Shown in pieces: positions 9,886-17,932 of a stretch of 49,172 bases of DNA. Position 1 is the stretch's first letter; each line of letters begins with the position of its first letter. The notes under the pieces were generated by a model. The model was not told where the DNA came from. It did not search any database and saw only the letters and a program-made list of their open reading frames with translations. The stretch is from Pseudomonadota bacterium (GTDB taxonomy: Bacteria; Pseudomonadota; Gammaproteobacteria; Burkholderiales; Burkholderiaceae_C): assembly GCA_040384925.1 (NCBI GenBank), contig JAZKIK010000465.1:1-49172 (forward strand). Reading direction: 5' to 3'. Position numbers and translations under genes: made by a program.

Positions 9886-10878
9886 TCAATCTGCAATCAC
9901 GCCTGCCTTGGTGACGATCTGGCGCCAGACGGGAATCTCTCTCCTGATCTGCGCACCCAACTCTTCAGGCGTCGAGATGCCTGACTCGATGCCGATGACC
10001 TGCATCTGCCTGGCGATGTCGGGGTCCCTGATAAGGGTGGCAATCTCGGTGTTGAGCCGTTGCACGATGTGTCTTGGAGTGCCCTTGGGTACAAAAAGCC
10101 CAAACCACACGTCCACACTGAAGCCGGTCACGCCCTGTTCGGCCACGGTGGGCAGGTCTGGCAGGAACACGGAACGCTTGCTGCCAGCATAGGCCAGCAT
10201 CTGCAGGCGACCTTGCTTGACCAGCGGCATGGCGGCGGTGGGACCTGCGAAGGCCATGGATACCTGGCCGCTGACCACGTCGTTCAAGGCTGCCGGGCCG
10301 CCCTTGTAAGGAACGTGTGTGATGTCAACACCGGCAAGAGTATTGAACTGCGACAGCGCCAGGTGGGCGGTGGAGCCGTTACCGGAGCTGGCAGCAAGCA
10401 GCTCGCCCTTTTTGCTTTTGGCAAGAGCGATCAGCGCGGGCAGCGTCTTTGCAGGCAAGTTGGGATTTGTCACCAGCACCAGCGAGTTGCTGCCGATGTT
10501 GATAATGGGCTCGAAGTCGGTCACCGGGTTATAACCAACCTTGGACACCACCGGATTGATGGTGAAAGGGGCGTTGGAAGCCAGCAGCAGCGTGTGGCCA
10601 TCGGGCTTGGCCCGGGACGCCGTCAGCGTCCCGATGCTCTGGCCAGCGCCGTTGCGATTTTCAACGACGATGGGTTGCCCCAGGGCGGCGCTGAGCCTGG
10701 GTTGAATCAGCCGCATGAAAGCATCATGCGTGGCGCCTGGCTGAACCGGCACGATCACGGTGATAGGGCGTGTGGGGTATGCCTGGGCATCCGCAGGCGC
10801 GCTCCACACGGCAGCCAATGCGACCAGCGTTGCCGCGACGGCCGTTAGCAGCCTGGTTGCCTGGAGTTTGCCTGTCAT
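9886..10878 (-). CDS. Bug/TctC substrate-binding protein
   Basis: YPTRPITVIVP, PDGHT, HVPYKGG, LPDLPTVAEQG. Start ATG 10878 gives a signal peptide. Confidence 0.92.
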   Translation of the reverse strand: MTGKLQATRLLTAVAATLVALAAVWSAPADAQAYPTRPITVIVPVQPGATHDAFMRLIQPRLSAALGQPIVVENRNGAGQSIGTLTASRAKPDGHTLLLASNAPFTINPVVSKVGYNPVTDFEPIINIGSNSLVLVTNPNLPAKTLPALIALAKSKKGELLAASSGNGSTAHLALSQFNTLAGVDITHVPYKGGPAALNDVVSGQVSMAFAGPTAAMPLVKQGRLQMLAYAGSKRSVFLPDLPTVAEQGVTGFSVDVWFGLFVPKGTPRHIVQRLNTEIATLIRDPDIARQMQVIGIESGISTPEELGAQIRREIPVWRQIVTKAGVIAD

Positions 10879-11140
10879 GCTCGTTTTCTGAAGCTGGCAA
10901 GGAATACGAAAGGACTTCCCGCAAACGAACAACAGCAACGATGTGCCGGGCCCGGAAATATGGGGAATAAAATTTGCGGCCATTTGGAAAGAGTGATTCA
11001 TGATCGAGTATTTAAAAGTGGGTTATGGCAGCGCTGCAACGATGCGCTCAATACGGTCCTGGCACTGCAACGGTGTGCTGAAATCACGCTGAAAAATATG
11101 GAGCGGTGTGCGGCCTGTCTCCATAAAAATCGACGCTGCA

Positions 11141-11992
11141 CTAAGCCAGCGAGGGATACAGTTGTTGTGCAGTCCTGCCAAAAACCCAGGAACGATCTTC
11201 ATCACTCAGACACGCCAGGCCCGCCTGCGCTGTGGCGAGAATTTCTGAAAGTGTGCCCGGCGAGGTAGGGAAGTTGGAACCCCAGGCCATACGCCTGGCA
11301 CCGAAAGCTTCAAGCACCCGAGGGAAAAATGTTTCAGCGCTGGCTTTGTCTTTTGCCACATCCCCAAAGATGCGCGGTGTCAGCTTCAGATAGATGTTGT
11401 CAATCGAAGCCAGGTCGAACAAACCTTGCGCCCTGGCATAGGGCGCTCCGTCAGCAATCTCGGGCCGGCCGAGGTGATCCAGAATGATGTTCACCCTGGG
11501 GAACTTTTTTGCCAGCATCTCCACTTGAGGAAGTCCGACCGGGCCGGTCTGAATGCACATTGGCACACCCAGCTCGCCGAACAGTTCCCAGGCCTTGAAC
11601 GAACGTTGGTCATTCAGTTCACTGGGGTCAAAGTCCTTGGTAGACCCGCCTGTGAAGATGCGCAGTCCGGCAAGACCCTTGCCAGTCCAGTCGCGAATCA
11701 CGGCACAGACGTTGTCGTCAAGCATGTCGACCGAACCCACCGCCACCAGGCGGTCGGGATACTGGCTGCAGCCATCAACAACATAGGAATTGTCAAAACC
11801 ATAGGTTGTTGAGGAGTGAACTACCACTGCCTTGGCGACCCCCGCTGCGTCCATGGCCGCAATCAGCGATTCAACGGTACTTGGCCGCTCTTGAGACCAG
11901 TCCGATCGTTTGCCAAACAAGGGTGCCGGAGGGTAGCGGCTTTCATCGTCTGAAATGATGTGCGGATGAATGTCAATGAATGAATACGTCAT
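11141..11992 (-). CDS. Amidohydrolase_2 family protein (LigI/2-pyrone-4,6-dicarboxylate lactonase-like)
   Basis: DIHPH, YGFDNSY, LDHLG, WGSNFP. It sits next to ligJ. Confidence 0.75.
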   Translation of the reverse strand: MTYSFIDIHPHIISDDESRYPPAPLFGKRSDWSQERPSTVESLIAAMDAAGVAKAVVVHSSTTYGFDNSYVVDGCSQYPDRLVAVGSVDMLDDNVCAVIRDWTGKGLAGLRIFTGGSTKDFDPSELNDQRSFKAWELFGELGVPMCIQTGPVGLPQVEMLAKKFPRVNIILDHLGRPEIADGAPYARAQGLFDLASIDNIYLKLTPRIFGDVAKDKASAETFFPRVLEAFGARRMAWGSNFPTSPGTLSEILATAQAGLACLSDEDRSWVFGRTAQQLYPSLA

Positions 11993-12032
11993 GCTTGTCT
12001 CCTTTTTTTAATTGCATACGGCTTGTGGCCGC

Positions 12033-13058
12033 TTATTTGCCACGTGCTTTCAGTTGCGCATCAAGGCGCGGATAGACGCGCCTTACATTGCCTTCAAAAA
12101 TCTTGAACCGATCCTCGCCTGTCAGCGCAGTGCAGCTGTCGATATAACGCTTGGTGTCGTCAAAATACTCGCCATTTGCCGGGTCCCTGCCCCGCACCGC
12201 ACCGATCATTTCCGAGCCGAAAAGCACGTTGTCCGTGGGCACCACCTTGGTCAGGAGTTCGACGCCGGGAAGGTGGTAAACGCAGGTATCAAAAAAGATG
12301 TTGTTCAGCAAGCCTTCGAGCGGGCGGTCACGCATTTCGAGGGACATGCCCCGATAGCGCCCCCAGTGGTAGGGCACCGCACCCCCTCCATGCGGTATGA
12401 CAAAACGCAGCGTCGGAAAATCCTTGAACAGGTCACCCTGCAGCAGTTGCATGAACACCGAGGTATCCGCATTCAGGTAATGTGCACCCGTGCCGTGAAA
12501 GCACGGATTGCATGAAGCCGCCACGTGGATCATTGCCGGCACATCAAGATCACACAGCGCTTCATAGACCGGATACCACTCGCGGTCCGTCATCGGCGTG
12601 CCTGTCCAGTAGCCGCCAGTCGGGTCCGGGTTCAGGTTGCAGCCCACAAAATCCTTTTCCTCAACACAGCGGCGCAACTCGGGGATCGAATTTTTCGGCG
12701 GTGCAGAAGGCGACTGTGGCAACTGGCAGACCGGCACAAAATTGTCCGGATACATGTCGCAGACGCGGCGCACCAGGTCATTCGACACCTCGGCCCATTC
12801 CAGGCTGGTGCGTTCATTGCCCAGGTGATGGCTCATCAAGCCGGCAATTGGCGAGAACAGGGTCAGGTCGCTGCCGCGCTGCTGTTGCAGCCGGAGTTGC
12901 CCATTGCCAACCCCTTCGCGGATTTCATCATCGGACACATGTGCCGCAGCGCGCTTTGGAGCATTGGCGGGGTCGTTTGCAAATTCAACCTGCCTGGCGC
13001 GCCAGTTGCGGAAAGAGGTGGGAACAGTCGTGAAATGGCCGTGGCAATCAATGATCAT
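12033..13058 (-). CDS. ligJ: 4-oxalomesaconate hydratase LigJ/PmdE-like
   Basis: MIIDCHGHFTT, CQLPQSP, NLNPDPTGG, PHGGGAVPYHWGRYRG, FFDTCVYH, SEMIGAVRG, FDDTKRY. Confidence 0.88.
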   Translation of the reverse strand: MIIDCHGHFTTVPTSFRNWRARQVEFANDPANAPKRAAAHVSDDEIREGVGNGQLRLQQQRGSDLTLFSPIAGLMSHHLGNERTSLEWAEVSNDLVRRVCDMYPDNFVPVCQLPQSPSAPPKNSIPELRRCVEEKDFVGCNLNPDPTGGYWTGTPMTDREWYPVYEALCDLDVPAMIHVAASCNPCFHGTGAHYLNADTSVFMQLLQGDLFKDFPTLRFVIPHGGGAVPYHWGRYRGMSLEMRDRPLEGLLNNIFFDTCVYHLPGVELLTKVVPTDNVLFGSEMIGAVRGRDPANGEYFDDTKRYIDSCTALTGEDRFKIFEGNVRRVYPRLDAQLKARGK

Positions 13059-13075
13059 TGTTCTATCCGTTCAGC

Positions 13076-14050
13076 TCAAACTGCCAGTGGGTCTACAAAA
13101 AGTTCGCCAATCGACATGCGGCGTGGGGTCAGGCCCTGTTTGAATGCCGTGGCTTCGAGCGTTTCTATGGTTTTGAGGTTTTCCTGAAGGCCGTAGGGAA
13201 GTGGGTCGTGGCCGACAATCTTGCGCAGTTCGATGTACTTTTTGTCGCTGGCGCTCGTGGCTGTCCCGGCATCGAGCCGCTCCAGCCACTCTTTCTTGGC
13301 CTGCGCAAAGGCATCAAAGATCGATTTGGCAATCCACGGATTCGCAGCCAGCACCGAGTCCTTCACGACAATGGTTCCATGCATGGGATAGACCCCGGTA
13401 CGTGCGTAGTATTCGGCCTCAATCTCGGCTGCATTGGGCAACAGGTCGGGATAGTCCGCCTCAACTTCTTTCCATCCACCCGTAGGTGCGCCAGTCCGGC
13501 CAATGCCTGCTGCCGCGGCAAACCCAGCTGACAACTCCCCTTTGGCCATCATCTCAGCCAGGGAGCTGCCCGCTGGAGCCTGAATGACGTTCGATGGCAG
13601 CTTGAGCTGCGTGACATGCTCCTCGTCATCGACCACCCAGGTCACTTTGGATGAGTCGAGACCGAACTCGTCGATCAGCACCTGGCGCGTCCACACACCG
13701 GTTGTCACGGAATACGCACGCACGCCCACCTTCTTGCCTTCCAGGTCTTTGGGGGTTTTGATTCCGGCATCCTGGCGCACAAGCAAACCACCATGATGGA
13801 AGCGGCGCACGACAAAAATGGGCAGTCCGACAAAGGGCGCACCATAGGCCCGGGCGATGATGTAGGTGGTCGGCGCCAACTCGCAGACATCAAATTCGAC
13901 GTCGCGAACCATGCGGCGGAAGGCGCCAATCTGTGGCTGGACTGTGATGAATTCGGCATCTACACCCTCGATGGGAATGGATCCATTGCGGATGGCCGAT
14001 GTATGCGGATGCTCGGCAATTGCGATTTTGAGAGGTATTTTTTTGGTCAA
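13076..14050 (-). CDS. 4,5-dihydroxyphthalate decarboxylase-like protein, copy 2
   Basis: FRRMVRDVEFDVCELA, PKDLEGKKVGVRAYSVTTGVW, TGVYPMHG, DPLPYGL. TTG start at 14050 with AAGGAG RBS. Confidence 0.78.
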   Translation of the reverse strand: MTKKIPLKIAIAEHPHTSAIRNGSIPIEGVDAEFITVQPQIGAFRRMVRDVEFDVCELAPTTYIIARAYGAPFVGLPIFVVRRFHHGGLLVRQDAGIKTPKDLEGKKVGVRAYSVTTGVWTRQVLIDEFGLDSSKVTWVVDDEEHVTQLKLPSNVIQAPAGSSLAEMMAKGELSAGFAAAAGIGRTGAPTGGWKEVEADYPDLLPNAAEIEAEYYARTGVYPMHGTIVVKDSVLAANPWIAKSIFDAFAQAKKEWLERLDAGTATSASDKKYIELRKIVGHDPLPYGLQENLKTIETLEATAFKQGLTPRRMSIGELFVDPLAV

Positions 14051-14110
14051 CTTTGTTCTCCTTCGGATTTCTCTCGGCCGCAGCTGGACAAAGGCTCCTG
14101 CTGCAGAAAT

Positions 14111-14189
14111 TACTGTCTTGAGGCCGTAAGAATATTTGAAGCTCGCCGTCGTGCCTCTACACAAAAAGTAGATTCACTGGCATTTTTTG
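14111..14189 (-). promoter_or_regulatory. Promoter/operator element, copy A (upstream of the leftward catabolic operon)
   Basis: The reverse complement of 14151-14189 matches 15341-15379 at 37 of 39 bp. TCAAATATTCTT is also shared downstream of both copies. Confidence 0.75.
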
Positions 14190-14339
14190 TTGCTTGATGG
14201 TGGCCACGGCTTCTCATCATCAGCCTGCGCCTCGCGGTGTTTGAGCCAGCCTCGCTACGGGCCTAGAATGGCGGCGACCAGGAACCCATTGACTGGCCTG
14301 CATCAGGCCTGCCCCGTTGTTCCTTGCGAAGGAGACTTT

Positions 14340-15296
14340 ATGACCGATAGCGCGATGGCAAAGTATCACCGCGGCTCAAACAAAAAGGCGGTGCGTACAA
14401 CAGTGCCGAAGGTTCGCCTGTATGTGGAGCGCCCTGAAGAAAAGGAAGACTGGTTTGTCAATGTTGGCCATGTAACCGAACGCGGCCGCTGGCGTACCGA
14501 ACCCCACGCCCACCCAGCCTATGGGCAGGTGATATTTGTGCGGATCGGCCGCGGTGTGATGAACCGCGAAGGCTGCAGCGTGCCGTTCGAAGGCCCCTGT
14601 GTTTTGCTGCTGCCCACTGAATGCGTTCATGGGCTTGACTACGAGCTTGATACGGACAGATGGGTCGTGACGATTGAGGTGTCCTGCCTGGCACAGATCA
14701 ACGCCCGCCTCCACGAATTTACCCAGTTGTGGGCCTCGCCACGGACGATTCCTTTCACGGATGACGCCGAGGCAGCAGCGGAGTTTTACAGCCTGATCAG
14801 AAAACTTGAGCAGGAAGTCGACACCAGGGCTGCAGGCCATGTTGTGGGAACCGAGGCACTGCTGACTTCGCTTCTGCTCATGCTGGTTCGCAAGACACAG
14901 CTTGAGCAGATTGACAGTGAAGCACCAACACGCAATGAAACACGTGTAGCCGACCGGTTTCGCGAACTGATCGACCAGCACTATCGTCAGAACTGGCAAC
15001 TGCAGAACTATGCGTCCATCATGGCGGTGTCCCTGGCCCAGTTGCGTGCGGCCTGTGCCGCCGCTACAGGGCAAAGCCCCACCAAGATGATCCATGCACG
15101 CATCATCACGGAGGCCAAGCGCAACCTCATCTTTGGAGACATGTCCATGGAGCAGATTGCCTACTGGCTTGGTTTTTCGGATGCCGCGTATTTCACACGG
15201 TTTTTCCGCAAGGAAGTCGGCCAATCGCCAAGCCAGTTCCGCATCACATCAAGGCAACAGCCAGCACCAGCACCAGCACCAGCAGGTAAAACCTAA
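14340..15296 (+). CDS. AraC-family regulator with cupin sensor domain (PobR-like)
   Basis: EPHAH and ECVHG cupin histidines; C-terminal EAKRNL...IAYWLGFSDAAYFTRFFRK..GQSP. RBS AAGGAG precedes ATG 14340. Confidence 0.93.
   Translation: MTDSAMAKYHRGSNKKAVRTTVPKVRLYVERPEEKEDWFVNVGHVTERGRWRTEPHAHPAYGQVIFVRIGRGVMNREGCSVPFEGPCVLLLPTECVHGLDYELDTDRWVVTIEVSCLAQINARLHEFTQLWASPRTIPFTDDAEAAAEFYSLIRKLEQEVDTRAAGHVVGTEALLTSLLLMLVRKTQLEQIDSEAPTRNETRVADRFRELIDQHYRQNWQLQNYASIMAVSLAQLRAACAAATGQSPTKMIHARIITEAKRNLIFGDMSMEQIAYWLGFSDAAYFTRFFRKEVGQSPSQFRITSRQQPAPAPAPAGKT
15261..15284 (+). repeat. (CCAGCA)x4 in-frame tandem repeat encoding a PAPAPAPA tail
   Basis: Read directly from the sequence. Confidence 0.85.
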
Positions 15297-15340
15297 CGCA
15301 GCCTGTTTGCTCAAGGCCTCTGCAGTTGCAAACCTGTCAG

Positions 15341-15421
15341 CAAAAAGTGCCAGTGAATCTACTTTTTGTCTAGAGGCACCCAGCCAGGCATCAAATATTC
15401 TTCTGTGCCGTCGAGACACTA
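15341..15421 (+). promoter_or_regulatory. Promoter/operator element, copy B (upstream of the porin-lactonase-propeller operon)
   Basis: CAAAAAGTGCCAGTGAATCTACTTTTTGTCTAGAGGCAC...TCAAATATTCTT, a near-identical inverted copy of 14111-14189. Confidence 0.75.
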
Positions 15422-15458
15422 TGTCCCGCGGTTATAAAAATTCCAGGAGACAAATTTG

Positions 15459-16586
15459 ATGAAGAAGTCCTTGCTCACCATGGCCCTGCTCGGTTCGCTG
15501 GTCAGCGCCGCAACCGCCCAGTCCTCAGTCACTGTTTACGGCATTATCGACATGGCCGTATCAAAGGCCAATAACGGCCAGTCCAATCTGTCCTACTTCA
15601 GCGATTGGCAGGTTGGCAAAACCGATCAATTGACAATTCACTCGGCATCCAGCTCCCGGCTGGGCTTTCGCGGCTCGGAAGACCTGGGTGGCGGCATGAA
15701 GGCCAATTTCCTGATGGAACTTCGTTTCCAGCCAGATACGGGCAGTATCGAGCCCCGCGATGGTGTCACCTTCACGGGCGGTGCCCGGACTTACAACCAG
15801 GGTTTCTGGAACGCGCAATCTTACGTTGGCCTGAGTGGCAACTTCGGCGAGATCCGACTGGGTCGCAACGCCACGCCCCACTTCACGATTGGCCTGGCGT
15901 CCGATCCCTGGGCTTACGAGTACAACGTCGCAGGTTTTGCAGGCTTCACCCGTGGTGGCAACCAGGTTGCGACGACCAACAACTCAATCAATTACCTGTC
16001 CCCGAACTTCAGCGGCTTGACTGCTCAAATAGGGCTGGGTCTCGCCGAGGGTGGCACGTCCGCTGCTGCTACAGCCGCGCCCAACGGACGCAACGTGGGT
16101 TTGGCCATTCAGTATCGGCAAGGCCCCTTGTGGGCGGCGTTTGGTTACAACAACTCCAAACGCCCGGACGCCATCCTGAATCGGGCAACCATACTCGCGC
16201 TGACTTATGACTTTGGTGTCATCAAGCCGATTCTCAACTATTCCGTTGGAAAAAACAGCGTGGCAGGCAACCCCAGCACAAAGACGATGCTGATAGGCGC
16301 TCATATTCCAGCAGGTAGCGGGTATATACGTACTGCAGTTGGCCGTTATGACCCGGCCGTGGGTTTTAACATGAACACCGTCAACCCGGGAGCTACGGCT
16401 GCGTCCACACCCAATCCGTATGCAGCCTATCCGGTGACCCGAGGCCAAACCTCTACCAAGTTCGCCATCGGTTATGTTTACAACCTGAGCAAGCGCACCA
16501 GCGTATCGGTTGACGTCGGCACGAATAAGACACAGACCTACAGCCGCTCAAGCGGTTACCAGGCAGCCATCAGGCACACGTTCTGA
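15459..16586 (+). CDS. Gram-negative porin
   Basis: MKKSLL signal peptide, QSSVTVYGIID, SRLGFRGSEDLGGG, YNLSKRT, C-terminal IRHTF. Confidence 0.93.
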   Translation: MKKSLLTMALLGSLVSAATAQSSVTVYGIIDMAVSKANNGQSNLSYFSDWQVGKTDQLTIHSASSSRLGFRGSEDLGGGMKANFLMELRFQPDTGSIEPRDGVTFTGGARTYNQGFWNAQSYVGLSGNFGEIRLGRNATPHFTIGLASDPWAYEYNVAGFAGFTRGGNQVATTNNSINYLSPNFSGLTAQIGLGLAEGGTSAAATAAPNGRNVGLAIQYRQGPLWAAFGYNNSKRPDAILNRATILALTYDFGVIKPILNYSVGKNSVAGNPSTKTMLIGAHIPAGSGYIRTAVGRYDPAVGFNMNTVNPGATAASTPNPYAAYPVTRGQTSTKFAIGYVYNLSKRTSVSVDVGTNKTQTYSRSSGYQAAIRHTF

Positions 16587-16603
16587 TCCGGAGTTGCCAG
16601 ACC

Positions 16604-17788
16604 ATGATGCGATCTTTCCCGAAAAATGTGCTGATGCGGCGCGGCCTGACAATTTTATTTGCCGCAACTGCGCTGTCATCAGGGCTGCCCAGCCTACAGG
16701 TCAGTGCCGCTACCGCATCCCAGAATGCAGGTGCCGATCTGGTTTATGTAGGCATGGATGGTGGCCAGCTGGGTGCAATGCGCTTTGATGCGGGTACCGG
16801 CAAGCTGGTAAGGATTGGGGTGCTTGCAGAAGTACCCAAACCCAGATGGGCCGTGGCGCACCCGCAGTTGCCCATGCTCTATGTGAGCAGTGATGGCAAT
16901 ACAAAGGACGGAAGTGTTATTGCCTTTCTGGTTGACCGCGAAACCGGCGCACTCACGCGCGTCGGCGAGGTTTCTGCTGGTGGTGCTGGAACCACCCATC
17001 TGTGGCTGGACATGCCTTCCATGACATTGCTGGCTGCAAACTTTGGTGGTGGTTCCACTTCAAGCATTGTGCTCATGCGCGATGGAAGCCTTGGCCCCCT
17101 CGTCTCCACAATCAAGGCCACAGGCTCCGGCCCGCACCGCCGCCAGGCAAGCCCTCACGCACACGGGGTTGCGGTTGATCCATCGGGTCGATATGTGCTG
17201 GTTTCCGACCTGGGCGCCGATCGCCTGTTTGTTTACGGCTTTGACCGCAGGACCCATGTGCTGTCGCCCGACGACAAGGCCAATCCAAAGTCATTCGTCA
17301 GCTCAGCGGGCAGTGGCCCGCGCCACTTCGTGTTTGGCTTGAACGGCAACTTTGTCTATCTGCTCAATGAGCTGGCTGCAGAGCTCATGGCTCTGCGCTG
17401 GGACGCGCAGCAGGGGCGGCTGACACCCGTCCAGTCCGTACCGGCAAGCAGTCCGGAATTCAAAGGTGCGAAAAGTGCTGCCGGGATCGCCATCAGCCTT
17501 GATGGCCGTTTTGTCTATGTCGCAGATCGTGGTGAACAGACGCTGGTGGTTTATCGTGTCAACCCTGATTCGGGCGAGCTTTCTCTTGTTCAGCGCACAT
17601 CCTCAGGCGGAGAAATACCATGGGCTTTTGCAATCCATCCTTCCGGAAAATGGATGCTGGTCGCCAATCAGCGCAGCGGCAAGGTCAACGTGTTCAGCAT
17701 CAACCCAGAGTCCGGCCTGCTGTCAGACACTGGCCAGTCGGCTGACGCCCCAGCACCTTTGAGCATCACCTTTGTGAGTGGTGAGTAG
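16604..17788 (+). CDS. Exported lactonase-family beta-propeller (Pgl/cycloisomerase-2 family)
   Basis: RQASPHAH, DLGADR, GSGPRH, LNEL, GRFVYVADRG. The N-terminus looks like a signal peptide (MRRGL...). Confidence 0.88.
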   Translation: MMRSFPKNVLMRRGLTILFAATALSSGLPSLQVSAATASQNAGADLVYVGMDGGQLGAMRFDAGTGKLVRIGVLAEVPKPRWAVAHPQLPMLYVSSDGNTKDGSVIAFLVDRETGALTRVGEVSAGGAGTTHLWLDMPSMTLLAANFGGGSTSSIVLMRDGSLGPLVSTIKATGSGPHRRQASPHAHGVAVDPSGRYVLVSDLGADRLFVYGFDRRTHVLSPDDKANPKSFVSSAGSGPRHFVFGLNGNFVYLLNELAAELMALRWDAQQGRLTPVQSVPASSPEFKGAKSAAGIAISLDGRFVYVADRGEQTLVVYRVNPDSGELSLVQRTSSGGEIPWAFAIHPSGKWMLVANQRSGKVNVFSINPESGLLSDTGQSADAPAPLSITFVSGE

Positions 17789-17932
17789 GCGCGGCTCCTG
17801 GAAATGGCCTCCGGGCTGGAGCGGAGACCTTGTGTTTCCGAACACCGGCCTGGTCCATCCCTTCCAGCAACACGCCTGCAGCAGATCCAACTCCTTATCT
17901 TGAATTTTCAGACACATTACCAGGAGCACCTC

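Noticed and set aside
14151-15379. Inverted repeats around AraC read as IS or transposon ends
   Set aside because: There is no transposase or obvious target duplication. Similarity extends outward toward the flanking start codons, as expected for promoters.
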